From NCBI GenBank assembly GCA_951406725.2, contig OX597843.1, positions 16,182,001 to 16,246,000 of the forward strand: a stretch of DNA of 64,000 nt, given 5' to 3'. The notes under the pieces were generated by a model. The model saw nothing but the letters and a program-made list of their open reading frames with translations. It did not search any database and was not told the DNA's origin. The translations under genes were made by a program, and so were the position numbers. Below, piece by piece: positions 1 to 13,334 of the stretch; positions within the stretch are counted from its first letter, which is position 1, and each line of letters opens with the position of its first letter. Source of the stretch: Octopus vulgaris (Eukaryota).

Positions 1-6
1 CTCTGT

Positions 7-852
7 TCATCATCATCGTTTAAATTCCTCCTTCCATGCTGGCATGGGTTGGATGGTTTGACAGGAGCTGACCAGGCAGAAGATTACCCCAGACTTCTGT
101 GTCTGTTTTGGCATGGTTTTTACAGCTGGATGCCCTTCCAAATGCCAACCACCCCACAGTGTAGACTCAGTGCTTTTTACATGACACCAGCACAGGTGAG
201 GTCAGTTTTGGCATGGTTTCTACAGCTGGATGCCCTTCCAAATGCCAACCACCCCACAGTGTAGACTCAGTGCTTTTTACATGACACCAACACAGGTGAG
301 GTCAGTTTTGGCATGGTTTCTACAGCTGGATGCCCTTCCAAATGCCAACCACCCCACAGTGTAGACTCAGTGCTTTTTACATGGACACCAGCACAGGTGA
401 GGTCAGTTTTGGCATGGTTTCTACAGCTGGATGCCCTTCCAAATGCCAACCACCCCACAGTGTAGACTCAGTGCTTTTTACATGGCACCAGCACAGGTGA
501 GGTCAGTTTTGGCATGGTTTCTACAGCTGGATGCCCTTCCAAATGCCAACCACCCCACAGTGTAGACTCAGTGCTTTTTACATGACACCAGCACAGGTGA
601 GGTCAGTTTTGGCATGGTTTCTACAGCTGGATGCCCTTCCAAATGCCAACCACCCCACAGTGTAGACTCAGTGCTTTTTACATGACACCAGCACAGGTGA
701 GGTCAGTTTTGGCATGGTTTCTACAGCTGGATGCCCTTCCAAATGCCAACCACCCCACAGTGTAGACTCAGTGCTTTTTACATGACACCAGCACAGGTGA
801 GGTCAGTTTTGGCATGGTTTCTACAGCTGGATGCCCTTCCAAGTGCCAACCA
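7..852 (-). mobile_element. RTE-related non-autonomous retroelement (Ceph-domain type) with internal 100-bp tandem array
   Basis: (GAT)n tail and ggttggcgttaggaagggcatccagctgtagaaa motif; about 7.5 units of 100 bp at 104-852. Other copies at about 16405-16600, 19220-19560, 20518-20675, 27402-27635, 32733-33200, 36324-36505, 44187-44768, 45473-45605, 62190-62583. Confidence 0.75.
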
Positions 853-1174
853 TGCATGCATGCAAGTGTAGGTGTCCACCCTGACTACTTGACAACCAGT
901 ATTAGTTTGTTAACGTTCCAGTAACTTAGTGGTTCGGTGAAAGCAACCAACAGAAAATAAGTATTGGTGTCAACTAGTTTGGCTAAAGAAAACGAGGTAG
1001 TGAGTGCCCCAGCATGGCCACAGTCCAATGACTGAAACAGGTAAAAGGGAAAAAGAATCAGTTGAATTTGAACTTAGTAATAGGGGGTTGGGAAAAACTG
1101 ATATTGATAAAATATGGGTGTCATAATCGTGACAGTTCTGTGCAAAAGAGAAAAACAAGAAACGGACTATAATA

Positions 1175-1866
1175 ATGACGATGATGATGATGACGATGAT
1201 GATGATGACGATGATGATGATGACGATGATGATGATGACGATGATGATGATGACGATGATGATGATGACGATGATGATGATGACGATGATGATGATGACG
1301 ATGATGATGATGACGATGATGATGATGACGATGATGATGATGATGATGATGATGACGATGATGATGATGACGATGATGACGATGACGATGATGACGATGA
1401 CGATGATGACGATGACGATGATGACGATGACGATGATGACGATGACGATGATGATGATGACGATGATGATGATGACGATGATGATGATGACGATGATGAT
1501 GATGACGATGATGATGATGACGATGATGATGATGACGATGATGATGATGACGATGATGATGATGACGATGATGATGATGACGATGATGATGATGATGATG
1601 ATGATGACGATGATGATGATGACGATGATGATGATGACGATGATGATGATGACGATGATGATGATGACGATGATGATGATGACGATGATGATGATGACAA
1701 TGATGATGATGACGATGATGATGATGACGATGATGATGATGACGATGATGGTGATGATGATGATGACGATGATGATGATGACGATGATGATGATGACGAT
1801 GATGATGATGACGATGATGATGATGACGATGATGATGATGACGATGATGATGATGATGATGATGAC
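1175..1866. repeat. (GAT)n microsatellite with 15-bp higher-order GAC(GAT)4 period
   Basis: Direct reading. Confidence 0.95.
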
Positions 1867-2209
1867 AACAGCAAAAATAATTCTTTCTATCATAAGAACA
1901 AAGCCTGAAATTTTGAGAGAAGGGTCTAGTTGATTGCATTGACCCCAGTACTCAACTGGTACTTATTGATCCCAAATGGATTAAAGAGAAAGCGATCTCG
2001 GTAGAATTTGAACTCAGAACGTAAAGACAGATGAAATACTGCTAAGCATTTCGCCCTCTGCGCTAACACCGCCTTAATAATAATAATAATAATAATCTTT
2101 TCTACTGTAGGCACAAGGCCTGAAATTTTAGGGGAGGGGATTAGTTGATTGCATTGACCCCAGTACTCAACTGGTACTTATTGATCCCAAATGGATGAAA
2201 GAGAAAGTG

Positions 2210-2673
2210 GGCGATGTTTCGCTTGTCGTAGCACAGGTTTCCGTCGATTTCCGTAAAAAACTTTTATTTTTTTACACAAGTAATGAGAGCGAAAGAGACT
2301 AAGAGAAAGCGATTGTATGACGAGGGAAGTTCTTTTGAAGTTACCGTGCATGGAACGCATTGATGTACATGTGTGTGTTTGATGGGGTGTGGGAGACAGA
2401 CAGTATGTTGTGTAAGTGAAGTGCTTCTGTTAGTGTGTGTGAAGAGACAGAGAGAGTAATGTGTGAAAGAGAGAGATAACTGAAATTTTTACTCGGTGTA
2501 TGTGTATATGTATGTCTGCATGTATGTGTGTGTGTGTATGTATCTATGTATGTGTGTGTGTGTATGTATGTGTGTGTATGTATGTATGTATGTATGTATG
2601 TATGGCAGATTCAGTGTTTACATTTTTTACGGAAATCGACGGAAACGTGTGCTACGACAAGCGAAACATCGCC
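2210..2673. mobile_element. Merlin-like MITE inserted in a Meta-type SINE
   Basis: About 50-bp TIRs starting GGCGATGTTTCGC; 8-bp TSD AGAAAGTG (2202-2209 / 2674-2681); the adjacent duplicate SINE (1880-2075) shows the empty site. Confidence 0.85.
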
Positions 2674-3231
2674 AGAAAGTGATCTCGGTACAATTTGAAC
2701 TCAGAGCGTAAAGACAGATGAAATACTGCTAAGCATTTTGCCCTCTGCGCTAACAATTCTGCCAGACCACCGCCTTAATAATAATAATAATAATAATCTT
2801 TTCTACTGTAGGCACAAGGCCTGAAATTTTAGGGGAGGGGATTAGTTGATTACATTGATCCCCAGTGTTTCACTGGTACTTAATTTATTGACCCCGAAAG
2901 GATGAAAGGCAAAGTCAACCATGGCAGAATTTGAATTCAAAATGTAGCGACAGGTGAAATACCTATTTCTTTATTACCCACAAGGGGCTAAACATAGAGG
3001 GGACAAACAAGGACAGACATAGGTATTAAGTCGATTACATCGACCCCAGTGCGTAACTGGTACTTAATTTATCGACCCCGAAAGGATGAAAGGCAAAGTC
3101 AACCTCGGCGGAATTTGAACTCACAACGTAACGACAGGTGAAATACCGCTAAGCATTTCGTCCGGCATGCTAATGATTCTTCCAGCTTGCCGTCTTAATA
3201 ATAATGATAAAAAGAATAATAATAATAATAA

Positions 3232-3782
3232 TGCCCTGATGCAGTACCAATCAGTGGTTCTCATGACTTCTGATCTTAACTGTTTGGAAGTGTTATCATG
3301 TACATTGTTTTGTCTTGGTATAAAAGATGGGCTACAGCAAATATTCTGCTCAATACCACAGATTTGCTTGTCAATTGCTTGACTGTAACCAGTTGAGCAT
3401 GTCCCTTAGTGGCTGACGATATGTGCATCTCTGATCACGAGCTGAAGTAGTGGGGGAGCATCATAGCCATGTGTTGAGAGGGGTTCTTTGGGGTTTGAAT
3501 AATACACCTCTGGAAACATAGGTGTTTCGTTCAACATCCTTAAACAACCCTTATTCAGGGACCTTTAGAACGTGAAGGGCTACTCGACCTGAAGAAAATT
3601 CTAACTGGGCCCCACCTGCAAGGTCATGCACTGTTTATCTTTTGTATGGGATGACCTCATTGTGCACATATGGTTGCAATGCATGTGCCTAGTGTACCCT
3701 TATCAGACGGGTAGTCATGATGGGTGTATTGGGCTTCATATATTTGTACCTGTGTTACTTTGATGGCATGTGCTGCTCTCTC
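3232..3782 (+). mobile_element. About 560-bp unclassified non-autonomous retroelement targeting (AAT)n
   Basis: Copies at 5181-5427, 5711-6127, 6460-6876 and 42797-43355 share the end ctctctcactc-(AAT)n and are variably truncated at the other end; partial copy at 52087-52370. Confidence 0.7.
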
Positions 3783-4218
3783 AGAATCGTTAGCACGCCG
3801 TTACATTCTGAGTTCAAATTCCGCCGAGGTCAACTTTGCCTTTCATCCTTTCGGGGTCGATTAAATAAGTACCAGTTACGCACTGGGGTCGATGTAATTG
3901 ACTTAATTCGTTTGTCTGTCAATAAATGCTTGTCTATCCTTGTTTGTCTCCTCTATGTTTAGCCCCTTGTGGGTAGTAAAGAAACAAATATTAATAATAA
4001 TAATCTTTTCTATTATAGGCACAAGGCCTGGAATTTGAAGGAAAGGAGCAGTTGGTTATATTGACTCCAATGCTTGAGTGGTGCTTCACAGATTAACACT
4101 GAAAAGATGAACGGCAAAGTTGACCTTGGTGGAATTTGAACTCAGAACGTGAAAACAGATGATAAACCACTAAGCATTTTGTCCAGCATGCTAATGACCC
4201 AGCCATTTCATTACCTTG

Positions 4219-4249
<31 letters not shown>

Positions 4250-4250
<1 letters not shown>

Positions 4251-4530
4251 CAGGAAACCCCTAAATGGCAGAAATTCAAAAGATAGTGCTGCTCATGGGA
4301 ACTGCTCATATCCTACGCAAAATACTTTCTTTGTAATCTCAAGTTTTAAAACAAACATAATTTTCGTATGGTTCTTTAGACATTCACTATTACAACACTA
4401 AGTACAAAACCAAATATATGGCACCCTAGGCATAACACCAACATGAACTTCCAACTTGTTGTCTCTTGAGGTCTCTGGGTGAGACTTGGAGCCAGCTTGT
4501 GCAAATGTAAAGCAAAAGTCAAACATAGAA
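4250..4530 (+). mobile_element. R4/Dong-clade LINE 3' end in (AAT)n
   Basis: Translates AEIQKIVLLMGTAHILRKILSL*, the QK..LLGTA.ILR C-terminal motif of R4/Dong ORFs; followed by a 3' UTR and (AAT)n, the known Dong target type. Confidence 0.8.
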
Positions 4531-5671
4531 TAATAATAATAATAATCCTTTCTATTATAGGCACAAGACCTGAAGGCTGGAGGGAGGTGAGGCCAGTCGA
4601 TGAGATCGACCGCCCCGTACACAACTGGTACTTAATTTATCAACCCCGAAAGGATGAAAGGAAAAGTTGACCTCAGTGGAATCTGAACTCAGGTGTCCAC
4701 CCTGACTACTTGACAACCAGTTTGTATTAGTGGTTCGGTGAAAGCAACCAACAGAAAATAAGTATTGGTGTCAACTAGTTTGGCTAAAGAAAACGAGGTA
4801 GTCAGTGCCCTAGCATGGCCACAGTCCAATGACCGAAACGGGTGAAATACTGCTAAGCATCTCATCCAGCACACTAATGGTTCTGCCAACTCGTTATCTT
4901 AATATTAATAATAATAACCCTTTCTACTAAAGGCGGCACAAGGCCTGAAGTTTGGGGGTGGGGGATAAGTCGATAACATCAACCCTGGTGTATAACTGGT
5001 ACTTAATTTATTGACTCCAAAAGAACAAAAGGCAAAGTTGACCTCAGCAGAATTTGAACTCAGAAAGAAATGACAGACGAAATGCTAAAGAATTTTGCCA
5101 AGTGTGCTAAAATTTCTCTTAACTTGCCGTCTTAATAATAATAATTGTAAAAACAACAATAATAATAATAGTAATAATAATAAACAACCCTTATTCAGGG
5201 ACCTTTTGAGCGGGATGGGCTACTCAACCTGAAGAAAATTCTAACTAGGCCCCACCTGCAAGGTCATGCGCTATTTATCTTGATATGAGATCACCATGTT
5301 GCGCACATATGGTTGTGATGCATGTGCCTGGTGTACCCTTATCAGATGGGTAGTCATGATGGGTATATTGGGCTTCGTATATTTTACCCCAGTGTCACTT
5401 TGATGGCATGCACTGCTCTCTCACTCAATAATAATAATAATAATAGTAATAATAATAATGGTTTCAAATTTTGGCACAAGGCCAGGATTTTGAGGGGAGG
5501 GGTTAAATCAATTAATCTGACCTTAGCGCCCAACTGGTCCTTATTTCATTGAGCCAAAAAGGATAATAAACAAAGTCAGCCTCGGTGGAATTTGAACTCA
5601 GAACGTAAAGACAGACATAATACCGCTAAACTGTTTGCCTGGCATGCTAACCATTCCACCAGCTCACTGCC

Positions 5672-5712
<41 letters not shown>

Positions 5713-6127
5713 CAGTTGTTTGACCTTAACCAGTTGAGCATGTCCCTTAGTGGCTGACGATATGTGCATCTCTGATCACGAGCAGAAGTAGTGGGGGAGC
5801 ATCATAGCCATGTGTTGAGAGGGATTCTTTGGGGTTTGAATAATTCACCTCTGGAAACATGGGTGTTTCGTTCAACATCCTTAAACAACCCTTATTCAGA
5901 GACCTTTTGAGTGGGATGGGTTACTCAACCTGAAGAAAATTCTAACTGGGCCCCACCTGCAAGGTCATGTGCTGTTTATCTTGATATGAGATCACCGTGT
6001 CGCGCACATATGGTTGTGATGCATGTGCCTGGTGTACCCTTATCAGACGGGTAGTCATGATGGGTATATTGGGCTTCGTATATTTTACCCCAGTGTCACT
6101 TTGATGGGATGCACTGCTCTCTCACTC

Positions 6128-6164
<37 letters not shown>

Positions 6165-6396
6165 GTAGTAGTAATAATAATAATGGTTTCAAATTTTGGC
6201 ACAAGGCCAGCATTTTGAGGTGAGAGGTTAAATCAATTAATCTGACCTTAGCGCCCAACTGGTCCTTATTTTATTGAGCCAAAAAGGATAATAAACAAAG
6301 TCAGCCCCGGTGGAATTTGAACTCAGAACGTAAAGACAGACATAATACCGCTAAACTGTTTGCCTGGCTTGCTAACCATTCCACCAGCTCACTGCC

Positions 6397-6448
<52 letters not shown>

Positions 6449-7353
6449 TAATAATAAAAACAGTTGTTTGACCTTAACCAGTTGAGCATGTCCCTTAGTG
6501 GCTGACGATATGTGCATCTCTGATCACGAGCAGAAGTAGTGGGGGAGCATCATAGCCATGTGTTGAGAGGGATCCTGTGGAGTTTGAATAATTCACCTCT
6601 GGAAACATGGGTGTTTTGTTCAACATCCTTAAACAACCCTTATTCAGGGACCCTTTGAGCGGGATGGGTTACTCGACCAGAAGAAAATTCTAACTGCGCC
6701 CCACCTGTAAGGTCATGTGCTGTTTATCTTGATATGAGATCACCATGTCGCGCACATATGGTTGTGATGCATGTGCCTGGTGTACCCTTATCAGACGGGT
6801 AGTCATGATGGGTATATTGGGCTTCGTATATTTTACCCCAGTGTCACTTTGATGGCATGCACTGCTCTCTCACTCAATAATAATAATAATAATAATAATA
6901 ATCCTTTCTGCTAAAGGCACAAAGCCTGAAATTTTGAGATAGGGGACTTGTCGATTACAATCGACCCCAGTGTTTCACTGGTACTTAATTTATTGACCCT
7001 GAAAGAATGAAAGGCAAAGTCGACTTCAGTGAAATTTGAACACAGAACATAGTCATTGGCAAAATACCACTAAGCATTTTGCCCAGTCTGCTAACGACTC
7101 TGCTAGCTCACCACCTTAATAACGATAATAATAATCCTTCCTACTATAAGCACAAGGCCTGGAATTTGGGGAAGGAGATAGTTGATTACATCGACCCCCA
7201 AGACTCAAACTGGTCCTTATTTCATCAACCCCAAAAGGACAAATGGTAAAGTCGACCTTGGCAGAATTTGAACCTAGAATGTAAAGAGTCTTGCCAGCAC
7301 TCCATTTTCTGGTAATAAAGAGAAATTTTATATCTATGTTTTTGAGCCATAAA

Positions 7354-7383
<30 letters not shown>

Positions 7384-7384
<1 letters not shown>

Positions 7385-7770
7385 GGCGCAGGAGTGGCTG
7401 TGTGGTAAGTAGCTTGCTTACCAACCACATGGTTCCGGGTTCAGACCCACTGTGTGGCACCTTGGGCAAGTGTCTTCTACTGTAGCCTCGGGCCGACTAA
7501 AGCCTTGTGAGTGGATTTGGTAGACGGAAACTGAAAGAAGCCCGTCGTATATATGTATATAAATATATATGTGTGTTTGTGTGTCTGTGTTTGTCCCTCT
7601 AGCATTGCTTGACAACCGATGCTGGTGTGTTTACTTAGCGGTTCGGCAAAAGAGACCAATAGAATAAGTACTGGGCTTACAAAGAATAAGTCCTGGGGTC
7701 GAGTTACTCGACTAAAGGCGGTGCTCCAGCATGGCCACAGTCAAATGACTGAAACAAGTAAAAGAGTAAA
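7384..7770 (+). mobile_element. tRNA-derived CORE-type SINE (most abundant family), representative copy
   Basis: A box (tggctgtgtggt), B-box-like ggttcagacc, CORE-like accttgggcaagt, internal (TA/TG)n, tail gaaacaagtaaaagagtaaaagag. About 30 full or partial copies, e.g. 10178-10963(-), 11706-12105(-), 12893-13495(-), 20110-20505(-), 23523-24550(+), 25801-26230(+), 29405-29825(-), 31168-31726(-), 37365-37935(-), 39790-40615(-), 46440-47055(+), 52925-53656(-), 61717-62180(+), 62590-63168(-), 63687-64000(+). Confidence 0.9.
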
Positions 7771-8017
7771 AGAGTAAAGAGTAATAATGATAACAATAAT
7801 AATGACGACGATGATGATGATGATAATGCTGCTAATACTAATAATAATAATAATAATAATTAGGCTACTAAATAGAAGAAGATAATAGAAAAAAAAACCC
7901 AGAAAAATAATGCAATCAGAAAGTGAAACAAGAAAAAAGTAAATCAAGTTTTGGAACTGATTCCAAGGAATGGTAAAAAGATGCAGGAAAAAATAAGACA
8001 AACCAAAGTCTGGTGCC

Positions 8018-8059
<42 letters not shown>

Positions 8060-8170
8060 GAAGAAGACTTAAATGTTAAAGTGTGAAAAGAACGGAAATT
8101 AGAAAGTGTTGGTGCTGCAATCGAATGCAGATAGAATCTGCGTAGATACGTAGATACGGCAATTACTTAC

Positions 8171-8294
8171 AGGTAGGAGAGAAATGGCTGATGGCATGGG
8201 ACACCGACCATCTTGTTAGATTTGTAAAGTAGCAGAAGAAGAAGAAGAAGAAGAAGAAGAAGGAGGAAAATATAAAATTGGTTGTGAAACTTCT
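8171..8294 (-). other. Candidate exon of unknown gene
   Basis: Acceptor ttttattgtcgcctccttAG (8297-8295) and GTAAGT donor (8170-8165); contains aagATGG at 8211 (MVGVPCHQPFLSY). Splice signals only, no recognisable homology. Confidence 0.35.
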
Positions 8295-8364
8295 CTAAGG
8301 AGGCGACAATAAAACAAGAAGAAATATATATATTCGTGTGTGTGTGTATAAATCTATATTTATC

Positions 8365-8400
<36 letters not shown>

Positions 8401-8401
<1 letters not shown>

Positions 8402-8620
8402 TTAGAAATATTAAATTTCTAAATATCTCATAGAGATATGTACGGTGGTAGGGCGATAGAATGGTTGTATACTGTCAATTTAACGTGACAGTAGGGGATT
8501 ACACCATCGCTGTTTAGCCCTAGGAAGCATCGAAGCCATCAGGAGGCGTCGATGCTTCCTAGGGCTAAACAGCAGTGGTGTAATCCCCTACTGTCACGTT
8601 AAATTGACAGTATACAACCA
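8401..8620 (-). mobile_element. Foldback element family inserted in (AAT)n, copy 1
   Basis: Arms about 8462-8533 and 8549-8620; homologous copies at about 30625-30870 and 51059-51412 have different foldback points. Confidence 0.65.
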
Positions 8621-9154
8621 ATAATAATATTATATAGAGGGTATTACTATACATAAATGCCACACGCTAGGAGGGACTCTTAAAGACAAAACTACCAAAA
8701 TAAATAAACATGTGGCATTTATGTGTAATAATGCCCTCTATATAATATAAATAAATATATTTAAGAGAAAAATTGATGGATTTTTCTCTTCCGAGGTTTT
8801 TCATGCAAACTACTTGATAAATTCTTATAAAGATTTTATCCTATTTTTAAATCATATATATATATATATGTTGTGTCTGGGGAGGGTCATATTGTCTTCA
8901 TGCCTTATCTACACACACCAGTTCGATTTCCACTCATTATTTATATTTTTTAAATATTTTTTACATTTTTATACATATATATTTTTTTAAAATATAAAAT
9001 ATAAAAATATAAATAATAAATGAGTGGAAAATGAACCACCGTGTGTGTTAGATAAGACATTAAGAGACAACATCACCCTCCCTAGACACAATAAAATATG
9101 CTTCAACACACAAATTCACATGAAGAATCTTGCAAACCAGATACAAAAATGAAG

Positions 9155-9847
<693 letters not shown>

Positions 9848-9880
9848 TAAATGGAGTTTAACGCAGGTATAAATATAATA

Positions 9881-9979
9881 CTTTTACTTTCGACACACGT
9901 TTCGAAGATTTCACTGATATTATTCAAAAGAATAAATGGTATAAAACAATGCAATCTTCTCTTCAGGGAAGTGAAAAAG
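9881..9979 (-). ncRNA. Type I hammerhead ribozyme (Penelope-like element type)
   Basis: Minus strand: acttcc-CUGAAGA-gaagatt...aatcttc-GAAA-cgtgtg-UC-gaaagt. Intact core, 7-bp stem II with extension, 5/6-bp stem I, short stem III. Confidence 0.8.
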
Positions 9980-10141
9980 CGAAACTCGTCAATAAAACAT
10001 TTTAACAGAAAATGATGGATATGTATAGTGATTTACTGAATGCTATTAATATTGTTTGAAAAAACGTTATATGATATAATGTCAGAAGGAGCCTATAGAA
10101 AGAGGAGGGATATGTTAAGGGAAAAATACACTCATATATTA

Positions 10142-10177
<36 letters not shown>

Positions 10178-10490
10178 TTTACTCGTTTCAGTCATTTGAC
10201 TGCGGCCATGCTGGAGCACCGCCTTTTTTTTAATTGAGCAACTCGACCCCGGGACTTATTCTTTGTAAGCCCAGTACTTATTCTATCGGTCTCTTTTGCT
10301 GAACCGCTAAGTGACGGCGGGGACATAAACACACCAGCATCGGTTGTCAAGCAATGCTAGGGGGACAAACACAGACACACAAACACACACGCATATATAT
10401 ACATACATATATACGACGGGCTTCTTTCAGTTTCCGTCTACCAAATCCACTCACAAGGCTTTGGTCAGCCCGAGGCTATAGTAGAAGCCA

Positions 10491-10871
10491 GAGGCGCAAT
10501 GGCCCAGCGGTTAGGGCAGTGGACTCGCGGTCATAGGATCGAGGTTTCGATTCCCAGACCGGGCCTTGTGAGTGTTTATTGAGCAAAAACACCTAAAGCT
10601 CCATGAGGCTCCGGCAGGGGATGGTGGTGATCCCTGCTGTATTCTTTCACCACAACTTTCTCTCACTCTTACTTCCTGTTTCTGTTGTACCTGTATTTCA
10701 AGGGGCCGGCCTTGTCAATCTCTGTGTCACGCTAAATATCCCTGAGAACTACGTTAAGGGTACACGTGTCTGTGGAGTGCTCAGCCACTTACACGTTAAT
10801 ATCACGAGCAGGCTGTTCCGTTGATTCGGATCAACTGGAACCCTCATCGTCGCAACCGACGGAGTGCTTCC
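10491..10871 (+). mobile_element. Third tRNA-derived SINE family, nested in a CORE-SINE
   Basis: Head gaggcgcaatggcccagcggttaggg...ggtttcgattccc; 10-bp TSD atagtagaag at 10478-10487 and 10872-10881. Confidence 0.85.
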
Positions 10872-11001
10872 ATAGTAGAAGACACTTGCCCAAGGTGCCA
10901 CGCAATGGGAGTGAACCCGGAACCATGTGGTTGGTAAACAAGCTACTTACCACACAGCCACTCTGATTTTGACATATGAGAGTTTAAAGAAGAGGATTTA
11001 A

Positions 11002-11222
11002 CCCTTTAGTGTTCGCATTATTCTACCAAAATTAATCCTTTTTAATCCACATTGTCTTGAACTAATCATGCATTATCTTGTAGCTCTGAGATTTCGATGA
11101 GGTAGCTGTTAATTTTTAAAACGATATTGTAGGGTTGGTGTGAGAGACCAGATCTGGCCAGTTTGAACAAAAAACAGGCAGAATACTTTTGGCCGGATAT
11201 GGCCGGTTTGAATGCTAAAGGG
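11002..11222. mobile_element. piggyBac-type MITE
   Basis: TTAA TSDs (10998-11001 / 11223-11226), TIR CCCTTTAG...CTAAAGGG. Confidence 0.85.
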
Positions 11223-11904
11223 TTAAATATAAAAAAAAAAAGAAAAAAAAGATAGAGAGAATAAAAAGAACAACTTTAAAAATAAACCAAAAAAAGCAAC
11301 GTCCATTTGCGATGGACGCGTGACTGTAATTTGAGTCCAGATATGGATTTTGCTATGAAGTCACAATGGAGACACTGATTGTTTTAATTCGCCTGGATTG
11401 GGCGAATGTATTTATTGATTGCAGGATATAATTCTTTTATTGATCTCTTTCCTCCACTCAAATTATTTTGATGCCTCATTTTACACACCATGCAGATCGA
11501 TCCAGGCAATGACCTTCCCAGAGGAACTCAGAAGAAGAGTCAATTGCCATCCAGAAACAGATGGACAGAATGCATTAGCCTTGGTTGGCAGTCTGTCAGA
11601 GAGAAGGAACACTGATTTAAAAACTGGGGTACATAGCGCTCCTTACTCATGTGTGTGTGTATGTGTGCGCATACACATATATATATTTTATATATATATA
11701 TATATACTCTTTTACTTGTTTCAGTCATTTGACTGCGGCCATGCTGGAGCACCGCCTTTAGTCGAGCAACTCGACCCCGGGACTTATTCTTTTAAGCCCA
11801 GTACTTATTCTATCGGTCTCTTTTGCTGAACCGCTAAGTGACGGGGACGTAAACACACCAGCATCAGTTGTCAAGCAATGCTAGGGAGACAAACACAGAC
11901 ACAT

Positions 11905-11945
<41 letters not shown>

Positions 11946-12332
11946 TATGACAGGCTTCTTTCAGTTTCCGTCTACCAAATCCATTCACAAGGCATTGGTC
12001 GGCCCGGGGCTATAGCAGAAGACACTAGCCCAAGGTGCCACGCAGTGGGACTGAACCCTGAACCATGTGGTTGGTTAGCAAGCTACTTACCACACAGCCA
12101 CTCCTAGTATTATAAACCGATTTCATTTGGGTCTACTTGGGCCACAATTTAAAGATGAGGAATTTTGCTCTTGAGGCCACTCCTTTCAATTGAGCAAACT
12201 CCCCAGCACTTTTAACATAGATGTGCAAATTCTCAGGTCAATCCAACCACATTTACTAACACTTTTGCCTGCACAACTGCTTGTGAGACAGCATCCGCCC
12301 TTTTCACAAATACATACATACATATATATATA

Positions 12333-12697
12333 TCTCTCTATATATAAACGGCAGTTTGTCTGTGTGTGTTTCTGTGTGTCTGTTAGGTTGTACCCTGACC
12401 CTGACCACGGCTTTCAACCGATTCTGATGAAACTTGACACACACATAGCCCAATGTCATAATTCAAAACTAACGCAGCGAAAATTTTGAAAAGTTCCCCC
12501 AGTTCTGAAAAAAATCGATAAATTTGACATGGGGTCGAGAATCAGAAACACAAACTGTCTAGGGGACGCAACTCGACCTTTTTAACTAAAAAAAAAATTT
12601 ACCATCATTTTTTTTCCATTTTTTGGCTATAACTCTCTAAAAATGCTTTATAGTTATTTCCCTTACAAACCCGAGCAACGCCGGGCGATACTGCTAG
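12333..12697 (+). mobile_element. Non-autonomous Helitron
   Basis: A|TC 5' end, subterminal hairpin cccgagcaacgccggg, CTAG|T 3' end. Confidence 0.85.
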
Positions 12698-12744
<47 letters not shown>

Positions 12745-13290
12745 ACATATATATATACAGAAATAGCGCAGTTCAATTTTCATTCGCCTAAACTTTAAGT
12801 GACCCATTTTTGGTGGTTCTACGATTTGTTGGCTAGGAGGAGATGTGCCGGGAAGTTAAACACACAGACACACAAGTTGAGTTTTATATATTTCTTTTAC
12901 TTGTTTCAGTCATTTGACTGCGGCCATGCTGGAGCACCACCTTTAGTCGAGCAACTCAACCCCGGGACTTATTCTTTTTGTAAGCCCAGTACTTATTCTA
13001 TCGGTCTCTTTTGCCGAACCGCTAAGTGACGGGCACATAAACACACCAGCATCGGTTGTCAAGCAATGCTAGGGGGACAAACACAGACATACACGCACAC
13101 ACACATATATATATATATATACATATATAGGACGGGCTTCTTTCAGTTTCCATCTACCAAATCCACTCACAAGGCTTTGGTTGGCCCGAGGCTATAGCAG
13201 AAGACACTTGCCCAAGGTGCCATGCAGTGGGACTGAACCCGGAACCATGTGGTTGGTTAGCAAGCTACTTACCACACAGCCACTCCTGTG

Positions 13291-13334
<44 letters not shown>

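Noticed and set aside
970-1939. Long poly-D/poly-S/poly-H/poly-I ORFs
   Set aside because: Translations of a stop-free (GAT)n microsatellite; no splice or domain support.
7384-7460. tRNA genes at SINE heads
   Set aside because: A/B boxes are present but no complete cloverleaf; each continues into SINE body sequence.
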